Assembly: GCA_963825055.1 (NCBI GenBank)
Contig: CAWGSK010000009.1
Location: 128,001 to 192,000, forward strand
Length of the DNA: 64,000 bases
Origin: an uncultured Gemmatimonadales bacterium
GTDB lineage: Bacteria > Gemmatimonadota > Gemmatimonadetes > Gemmatimonadales > GWC2-71-9
Direction: 5' to 3'
The notes under the pieces are model-generated. The model had not been told where the DNA came from. It did not search any database and saw only the letters and a list, made by a program, of their open reading frames with translations. The position numbers and the translations under genes are program-made. Below are positions 21,136 through 29,591 of the stretch, piece by piece (positions within the stretch are counted from its first letter, which is position 1; the number at the start of each line of letters is the position of its first letter).

Positions 21136-21285
21136 CGCTCCCTGGCGCTCGATGATTGTTTGAACTGATTGCTCGACCTTCGAGCTTCGACCGCCCAATG
21201 GTCCTCCATCACAGACGGCGGCGGTCCCTGCCCGTACATTGTGGCGGAAAGCAATGTTAGTCGTCACTGAATGAGGAGGAATACC

Positions 21286-21968
21286 GTGCTAAATGCGAAC
21301 CGGGCGACCGGGATGGTGCTGCTCCTGAGCTTTGCGGGGATCGTGGGGCTTGGCGGATGCGCCAACAAGACCCAGGAAGGTGCCGCGATCGGGGTCGGTG
21401 CGGGCGCCGTGGTCGGGGGAGCCATCGGCAAGGCGACGGGGAACACGGCCCGCGGGGCCATCATCGGTGCCGCCGTCGGTGGCATCGCCGGGTCGATCAT
21501 CGGCTCCAGGATGGACAAGCAGGCCAAGGAGCTGGACAAGGAGATTCCGGGAGCTACCGTCACGCGTGTCGGTGAGGGGATTGCCGTGACCTTCGACTCC
21601 GGCCTTCTTTCGACTTCAACTCCGCCACGCTCAGGCCCGAGGCCCGGGAGAACCTCCGGAACCTGGCCGCGAGCCTGGCGAAGAATCCTGGCGAGGACGT
21701 TCTCATCGTCGGTCACACCGACAGCGTCGGCACGGACAGCTACAACCTGGATCTCTCGCGCCGTCGCGCGGAGGCAGCGGCGAGCTACATCGCGACCGCC
21801 GGGGTGGACCAGGGCCGCATCGGTACGAAGGGCATGGGCGAGAACGACCCGGTGGCCACCAACGACACCGACGCCGGCCGCCAGCAGAACCGGCGGGTGG
21901 AAGTGGCGATCTTTGCGAATGACCAGATGAAGGCCGAAGCCAAGGCCGAGGCGGCGAGCGGCAACTGA
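21286..21968 (+). CDS. OmpA family lipoprotein with glycine zipper (frameshift near 21610)
   Basis: Lipobox LGGC and GAVVGGAIG zipper; second frame gives IVGHTDSVG..YNLDLSRRRAEA..GRQQNRRVE. Confidence 0.88.
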
Positions 21969-21979
21969 GCCGCCGGCTA

Positions 21980-22540
21980 CTACTTCCGCTTGAAGACCGC
22001 CCGCCAGCCCGTGTAATCGGGCAGCGGGCGGTCGCCCATCAGGAGAAGCGTTCCACGGCGTAGAAGAGCGCGGGGTCCACCCGCTGGGCCCGTTCGATCC
22101 GGTCGGGCAGGTCACGCCGGGAGCAGGCGAGATACATCAGCGTCCTCGCCCCGGTGTCGCCCTCGCCGCAAACGTGGTGACCGTCTGGCCGCATCCCTGA
22201 GGGAGCCGGCGATCTCGTCGCCCTTGGTGCGCTGTAATGATCCGCACGACCACGCTGCCCAGCTTGAGCCGCTTCTCCAGCGCGATGCCCACGGCGTTCC
22301 CGGCCGCAAATCCCCCGGCATAGGCGACAGCAAGCCACGGGCTTTCATCGAGCCGCGTGATCACCTGCGAAACCGCGGTCACCCACACCAGCACCTCGAA
22401 GAATCCGAGCACGACCGAAACCCGGGTGCGGCCGTGCACTACCGAGATGGTCCGGAGCGTGCCGAGGGAAACATCCACGATCCTCAGGGCGAAGATGAGA
22501 ACGCAAGGAGCGCAACGGGTATCTTCTGGAGAAAATTCAT
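21980..22540 (-). CDS. UPF0316/DUF2179-type membrane protein (frameshifted)
   Basis: IFALRIVDVSLGTLRTI, GFFEVLVW, YAGGFAAGNAVG; ends TGWRAVFKRK*. Confidence 0.8.
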
Positions 22541-22552
22541 GCGCGGCGCTAG

Positions 22553-22635
22553 GGGTCGAGTCGGGAGTCGGGAGCCGGGAGTCGAACGTCGGTACCTCAG
22601 TCCCCCTATTCGCTTCCCTCTTCGCTATTCCCTGT
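22553..22635. repeat. Degenerate heptamer arrays (CGGGAGT)n then (CTATTCG)-like
   Basis: gtcgggagtcgggagccgggagtcg followed by ctattcgcttccctcttcgctattccc. Confidence 0.55.
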
Positions 22636-23460
22636 CCGCTGCATTCTTCACCACCGCCGTCACTGGAAAATGATCAGACGGCCAGCGGCCGCGTTCTGCG
22701 TCATGTAGTATCTGCGCGCTGAGAACGGAGAGGTCCGGGGAGACGAAGACGAGTCGATCCGCTCCCCGGTCTCCTCGCCGCTGAAAGCGTGGAAGGTTCC
22801 CGCGGGAAGGGAGTCGTGATGCATCTTCTCCCACGTGTCCACCAGGCCGAGAGAATCGCGTATCGGCCCGATGGCCTCGTTCCCGGGGCCGGCATTGAAG
22901 TCGCCGGTCAGGATCACGTACGCCGGTCCGCCCCCTCCCCGATGTGCCGGGCCACCAGCGCTGCCGAAGCTACGCGGGACGGCTGGGACTCGTGGTCGAG
23001 ATGCAGCGTGTAGAAACGGATCGTATCGCCGGTCTCGCGATCGACCAGCCGTGCCCAGGTGCAGATCCTGGTGATACGGTTCCCCCAGGACATGGAGCCC
23101 GGCACCTGGGGCTGTCGGAAAGCCAGAACCAGCCCGAATCCGCGACAGTGAAGCGCTCACGCCGATAGAGGATGCCGCGTACTCGCCCGCCGTGTCCCCT
23201 CGGCCCGGCCCACCCCGATCTCGCCGTATCCAGGCACGGCCTGGTGGATCGCGTCGAGCTGGAACCGAAGCGCCTCCTGGACACCGAGCAGGTCTGGCGA
23301 CTCCCGACGGAGGAGCGAAAACACCTGGTCGCGCCGGTGCGGCCACGCATTCTCCCTATCCTGTGCCGTCCCGTAACGGATATTGAAGGACATGACGGAG
23401 ATGGACGGCAAGGCAGGAGCGCCATCAGGATAAAGGGGATCAGGAGCAAGGCGATGGGTA
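22625..23460 (-). CDS. Endonuclease/exonuclease/phosphatase family protein (several frameshifts; start approximate)
   Basis: Fragments VMSFNIRYG, DLLGVQEA, FWLSD, RICTW, TLHLDH, ILTGDFNA, WPSDHFPV. Confidence 0.85.
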
Positions 23461-23560
23461 CCGTGAGTCGTGAGTCGTTACCTGGTATCGTGAAAGCTAC
23501 TCCCTGCCCATGCACAAATCACAAATCATAAATCACTTTTCGCTGTTCGCTATTCGCTCT
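23461..23560. repeat. Degenerate heptamer arrays (CGTGAGT), (CACAAAT), (TTCGCTR)
   Basis: cgtgagtcgtgagtcg; cacaaatcacaaatcataaatcac; ttttcgctgttcgctattcgct. Confidence 0.55.
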
Positions 23561-23571
23561 GCGCTGCCCTT

Positions 23572-24350
23572 CTACCATCCCACCCGCTTCAGTACCGAGA
23601 ACACCCCACCGCCCGGATCGGAGATCACGGCAAAGGTGCCCACCTCCGGAATGTCCGTGCACGGCACCTCGACCTTCCCGCCAAGCGACTCGACCTTCGC
23701 CGTGGCGGCGGAGCAGTCCTGCACGCCGAAATAGACCATCCAGTGGGGCGTCATCTCGCCCCACTCCTGCGTGATCTCCAGCATTCCGGCGACCGGAAAT
23801 CGTGCACGGAGAAAGGTGGTGTACCGGTAACCGGGTCGCTGCTGCTGGTCGGTGTTCCAGCCGAAGAGGTTGGTATAGAACACCCGGCACGATTCCGTGT
23901 CATGCGTCGCGAGTTCGTTCCAGCTCATGGCCCCGGGCCGGTTCCAGATAGCGGCACCGGGGTGGGTAAAGGAAAACCAGAGGGCCAGCGCCTCCCCATC
24001 CGGGCCACGAATCACGGCGGCGCGACCCGCATCCGCCACATCCACCGCCTCCGTCGTGACCGTTCCGCCGAAGCCCTCCACCTTCGCCGCGGTTTCGGCT
24101 GCGTTGGCCACCGCGACATAGCTCAGCCACCCCGCCCCGCGAGGGGAGTCGGGACTCGACGCAAAGGACCTGCACGCCTGACGCCACCTTCGCTTTTCAG
24201 CAGGTGGTAGTCCGGGCCGCCATCCATCTTACGGGACTCGGACGTCCACCCGAACAGCCCGGTGTAGAAGTCGAGCACGCCCTGGACCTCACTGGTCGCG
24301 AGATCGGCCCAGCAGAAGGAACCCGGTTCGTGCATCGGAGCATCGGCCAT
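23572..24350 (-). CDS. Two-domain VOC (glyoxalase/bleomycin resistance) family protein (frameshifted near 24130-24190)
   Basis: MADAPMHEPGSFCWADLATS..FYTGLFGW and PGAMSWNELAT..FYTNLFGW..HWMVYFGV..DPGGGVF. Confidence 0.85.
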
Positions 24351-24366
24351 GCACTTCTCCTCGAGG

Positions 24367-26341
24367 TTATCGGGTCGTTGAAGCCGGCGGCGCCGTGGCG
24401 AGCGCGGTGGTCGCCGCCAGCGCGGTCTCGCTGGCCCTGCCCAGGGCTGCCAGGAACCCGGCAAGTTGGCCGTCCTGGGCGGGAGACGAAAGGTAGGGAT
24501 CCATGACCGTCGAGCGCAGCACCACCAGCCCCTGGGCCCCGCTGGCTCGCCACTCCTCCGCCGAGGCCACACCAAGGTCGTCGAGAAGCGGATCCACCGC
24601 TCCGTCGTACATCGGGCTCTGGAAGCGGGTACGGGTGATGATGTACTCGGGCGAGTCATCCGGGCGCAACATGCTCATCTGCTGGTAGATGTGCTCGTTC
24701 AGGGCGTTTACCCCCGCTAGCGAGTGCCGCCCGGGATGATAAACCAGGTAGCAGACGAGGTTGATGTCCGGCTCCGGCAGTACGATCACGCGAAACGGGT
24801 CGAGCCGTGCGTTGCGGAGCGCGGCGTGCAGCTTCCGGGCCCCGATCACGGTCCGCTCGATCAGGTAGCCATACCCGCGCTCATCCGGCGGCCCACCTTG
24901 TGGCTGAGCCAGACCGCTGCGGCGGACGCGCCCGGCTTCGAGCCTTCGAGGATGTATCGGCCGATCGAAGGTTTCCTCGCTCGGGCGGATGTCTTCGGCG
25001 GGCAGGAGATACGGCGGGTCCACCGCAACCAGTTCTCGCGCCCGGCGGTCCCGGACAAGAATGGCCCCGGCTGGATACGGCACATAGCCAAGCTTGTGCG
25101 GGTCGATCGTCACGGAATCCGCCCCCTCGAGCGCCCCGATCGCCTTCACCCACTCATCGCTCGGCCAGTCGGTTCCGGTGGATGCCCGGATCTCCGCCGC
25201 CCTCCTGCGGCTGCCGTCTGCCCGGCGGGTGACGGCAGCCGCGTAGCCGCCATAACAGGCATCCGAGTGCACATGGAACGTCATCCCCAGCTCGCGCTCG
25301 GCACGCGCCCGCACCTCGAGCACCAGGTCCAGCCGGTCCACCGCGCTTTCTTCGGTCGTACCGCATACGCTGATCAGGCCCATCACGGGCACCTGCTGCC
25401 CTGCCAGCCGCTGCAGCACGTCCCAGAGGCCGTCCGGATGCATCCGGTAGCGCTGGTCTACCGGGACGTATACGAGCTGGTTCGAGCCGATCCCCAGCGC
25501 CCGGACGATCTTCTCCCAGGAGTAATGGGCGGTAGCCGCGACGAGGACAACGCTGTCGGGAAGCGGGTCGGTGAACGCCGCGACCAGCCGACGATGGATG
25601 GCGGTATCCCGCGGTTGCGAGGGTGTGCCCGTTGAGCGCGCGAGCCATGTCCTCCCGGGGCGCCACGGTCCAGAGCCGGCTTCCCAGAGGTCCATGGCCG
25701 CGTCGTTCCGGATGTTGAGCAGTTCAGCGAGTCCGAGTCCGCCAACCCAACTGGTCGAGCCGTCGGGGAGCCCGACCTCCACGTCCACGCCAAGTTCCGC
25801 CGCCGCCCCCGCGGCAGCCAGCGGGAAGTACTGGATATTGCGGGCGATCCAGAGGGCCTCGAAGTTGGCGACAGTCCCACCCGATGTCAGGTGCCCCCAG
25901 CTCCGGCGGGCAGGATAGCCGATCATCACGGCGAGCTGCTCCGCCACCTCCAACTCGAGCCGGGTGGTGGTGGGCGGGGAGGCTGCCGTTGAAGACCTTG
26001 TTGGGATTGTACAGCATCGCGGCGAAGTACCCCACCTGCGACGCGATGGTCTGCTCGAAGTTCATGTGCCCCTTGTAGCGACCACTGAAGAAGGGCACGT
26101 CCCGCTTGAGCCGGGCCAGAAGCCCCATAGGCTGAGCCTGGGTAAGGGTGGCGACCGCCTCGTCGTACCCCTCGGTCCGCTTGTCCGTCTCCCGGATGAC
26201 AAACCCATCCTCAGGATGGTAGTTCCGGCGCCAGAAGACATGGTCCCGGAGGGCCTCGGTGACCACTCGTTCGAGCAGGTCGGCGTTCTAGGCCGGGAGA
26301 CCCAGGAACCATGCGGGAAGGGCTTCGCGAGGGTTGGACAT
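24367..26341 (-). CDS. Group II PLP-dependent decarboxylase, tyrosine-decarboxylase-like (frameshifted)
   Basis: AWFLG, RDHVFWRRNYHPED, AMLYNPN, WGHLTSGGTVANFEALW, HVHSDACYGGY, PLP-lysine motif TIDPHKLGYVPYPAG. Confidence 0.85.
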
Positions 26342-26534
26342 GTCGCAAAGATAAACAGCCCCGCCGCGGGACAGGTGCCTGGCTCGGAGCACTGTGACGG
26401 GGGTCACATTGCAAAAGTGGTCCCTGTCGCTAGCAATACTGCGGCGTAAATTGTACACCATAGCCGGAAGGTACCGTCGGGATTCTGGGCGGTCACCGGA
26501 TCACTGTCTCGCATTGTGGCTCAAGGAGAAGTAC

Positions 26535-27447
26535 ATGAGGATCGGGAGCAGGATTATGACCGGGGCCATGCTGGGCATCGCGCTCGTCGTGACCACCGGG
26601 TGCGACAAGAAGGTCAAGGAAGAGAACGCGCAGCTGAAGGAAGAGGTTCAGCAGATGGGCGTGGCGAGCGCGGAGCGGGACAGCCTCCTCCAGATCGTCG
26701 TCGACAACACCCAGTTGATGAACGAGATCAACCAGGAGATCTCCAAGGTCAGGGGACTGAAGAGCGGCGTCGTGCCGGTGACGAACCCCGAGTCGGGCCA
26801 GCCTGACACGGTGAACGCCAAACCTACCTGCTGGACCGGGTCAAGGAAGTCGCGGAGCACATCAACGAGAGCGAACAGCGGCTCAAGTCCGCCCAGTCCC
26901 GGCTTGCCCGGGTGTCCAAGGAGTCTGACCAGTTCCGGAAGACGGTATCGCAACTTCAGGCCATCATCGACACCCAGAAGGTCACGATGGATGGCATGAA
27001 CCAGCAGATCATGGACCTCCAGACCCAGAACGTGCAGCTGGTCGCCCAGAAGCAGGCGTTGACCGACACCGTCACCGGTCCTCGCCCAGGGAGCGGTCAA
27101 GCTGGGTCAACGAGCAGAATGCGGCCTGGTACGTGATCAGCTCGAAGGATGAACTGAAGGACATGGGCGTCGTGACGGAAGAAGGCAGCAAGTTCCTCTT
27201 CTTCGGCGGCAAGTCCCTCCAGCCGTCACGGACCCTCCCCACCGAGAACTTCACCCAGGTGGACATCCGGGACGTCCAGTCGATCCCGCTGCCGAAACCC
27301 GACAAGCGCTACAAGATCGTCTCCCGGCAGAACCTCGCGGCCATCGAGGGCGCCGACGAGAAGGGCCGGGTAACCGGCCAGATCGACATCGTCGATCCCC
27401 GGAGTTTCTGGGCGCCGAGCCACTACCTCATCTTGGTGGAGGACTGA
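26535..27447 (+). CDS. Coiled-coil lipoprotein of unknown function (frameshifted near 26820 and 27080)
   Basis: Lipobox VTTGC, heptad-rich segments, C-terminal AWYVISSKDELKDMGVV...IVDPRSFWAPSHYLILVED; RBS AAGGAG. Confidence 0.7.
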
Positions 27448-27454
27448 GAACCGC

Positions 27455-27560
27455 AGTGAGTAGTGAGTAGTGAAGACTAGTGCTTCGAGCGCGAGAGAAA
27501 GGGGGGGAAAAAAAAAAAATATAATCACCCTGAATCACTAATCACTAATCACTACTCACT
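27455..27560. repeat. Inverted heptamer arrays (TAGTGAG)n/(AATCACT)n around a G/A homopolymer patch
   Basis: agtgagtagtgagtagtg ... aatcactaatcactaatcactactcact between convergent genes. Confidence 0.6.
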
Positions 27561-27570
27561 GCCCGGTGGT

Positions 27571-28446
27571 TCACGTCCGCTCCAGCCGTCGCATCGGTCG
27601 CACGGTCGACCGCAGCTTCGTGCGTTCCGGGGCTGGCATCCGGCGCAGCATCCCGCCGACGCGGGGCGCCGTCCAGGTGACGGTCATCCTCTTCTGCTTC
27701 CGCATGATTTCCAGCTTCGCGCTCTCCCCCTGCTCATAGCTGCCGAGGATGCGGTGGGCGTGGGCCGCGTTGTTCAGTGACCGGCCGTCGATCGACAGGA
27801 TGGCATCTCCGGCGCGGAGCTGGCTCGCCGAGTCCTCCGGCGCATCGAGCACCAGCACCCCATCGGAGGTCCCGAAGTACTCGCCAAGGCCGGTTCATGT
27901 CCTCGAGCCCGAGCCCGCCGCGGCTGAACGTGAAGCTGAACTGGCCCGGCGTGTCGGGGCTCCGCTTCATCAGCGGGGCCATCCGCCCCATCATGGGTCC
28001 GACATCGAAGCGGTACTCCCCCCGCCCGCCCGGGGTGACAAAGGAGAACATCTGGTTGCCCTCGTCAGCCTTCAGGGTGGCCTTGGCGCTCTTGCCCGCA
28101 TGGAGGTATTCGAGGTCCACCTTGTCGCCGGGCTTGAGTTTCTGGGCCAGCTCTACGAGCCGACGTCCCGGCGAGTCGTCGTCGGAGTTCGCAGCGAGCG
28201 AGGTGCCGTTGAACTTCGTGATCACGTCATTCGCCTTGATTCCCGCCTTGTCCGCGGGCCCGTCCGGCACCACGGAGACCACCCAGCGCGCCGCGCGTTT
28301 CCTTCTCCGAATCCGTCCCCATCTGGGCCATCACCCCGATCCGACCACAGTCGGGATCGCCACGCCATCCGCCCCTGGGCCGCGGAGGGTCGCCGGGGCG
28401 GCGCGAGCAGGATCCCGAGCGCCCCGATTACCAGTTGCCGTTTCAT
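27571..28446 (-). CDS. Exported protein with two PDZ domains (frameshifted)
   Basis: Signal-like MKRQLVIGALGILLA; VVSVVPDGPADKAGIKANDVITKFNG and LRAGDAILSIDGR. Confidence 0.8.
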
Positions 28447-28517
28447 GTCAGGTCCCCTGTGGAGGAAGTGAGTTGACTACCCCGGAGATGCGGAAGCCGG
28501 GCGGATGGTCGCAGGGT

Positions 28518-28645
28518 GGGGTATGGGGTATGGGGTATGGGGTATCGGGTACGGGGTATCGGGTATGGGGTATCGGGTATCGCCAGGCTGCGCGCATCTC
28601 CATTTACCACTTACCACTTGCCACTTACCACTCGCCCCTTGCCAC
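28518..28645. repeat. 9 x (G/C)GGGTA(T/C) followed by 6 x degenerate TTRCCAC heptamers
   Basis: Counted directly: 28518-28580 and 28604-28645, in the divergent PDZ/NmrA intergenic region. Confidence 0.9.
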
Positions 28646-28693
28646 CCCGCCGGCGGGCCCCTTGCATCCCTTGAGAATCAGCCCGGAGGACCC

Positions 28694-29577
28694 ATGCGCA
28701 TTCTGATCATCGGTGGAACGGGAAAGGTGGGGAGGGCGGCAGCGCGGCGCCTCGCCGGAGGCGGGCACGACCTCCGGGTCATGACCCGGGATCCTGCAGA
28801 AAGCCCGGAGTCTCCCCGAAGGCCAGCGCGGCGTGGTCGGGGACCTGGACGACCCGGCCTCGCTGGGGGCCCGCTCGAAGGAGTGGAGCGGGTCTTCATG
28901 GTGACCCCGCTCGACCAGCAGGAAACGACGCTCGGGACGAATGGTGTGGCGGCCGCCAGGGAGGCCGGGGTACGGGCGATTCATCTAACATGTCGGTTCA
29001 GGCCTGGCCGATGCGTTCCCGGAAATCCCCCACTTCGCCAGTAAAGTCCCTGTCGAGCGCGCCGTCGCCGCCAGCGGCATGGAGTACACCATCCTGCGGC
29101 CCAACAGCTTCTTCCAGAATGACGAGCGCCTGGTGGACGTCATCCGCGAGCACGGCGTCTATCCCCATCCGGTGGGAGCCGCATCGGATTGAGCGCCGTG
29201 GACGTGGCGGATATCGGCGAGTGCTGCGGCTCGTGCCCTGACCGGTGGGGACGGGTTTGCGGGGGCGCACCATCAATGTGGTCGGTCCCGAGGTCCGGAC
29301 GGGGGAGGACAACGCCGAGGACCTGGGCCGAGGTCCTGGGCCGGGGGAGTCGATCTACACCGGGGACGACGTCGAGAGCCGCGTGCGGGGACCAGCTCCG
29401 CAAGGCGCTCCCGTCGCGCCCGGGGGGGGGACGTGTCGCGGGATGGCCGCCAGTCCTGGCACGCGGCTTCAGCCGCCACCGACCAGGACCGGGCCGGAGA
29501 CCGAGGGAACTCCTCGGACGGGACGGACGGAAATACGAGGATTGGGTACGGGAGAGGGGGTCAAGGGGGAAGGGTGA
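28694..29577 (+). CDS. NmrA-like NAD(P)-binding protein (several frameshifts)
   Basis: MRILIIGGTGKVG Rossmann motif; fragments IPHFASK, YTILRPNSFFQND, SAVDVADI, INVVGPE. Confidence 0.8.
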
Positions 29578-29591
29578 ACGGGAACGGCGGC

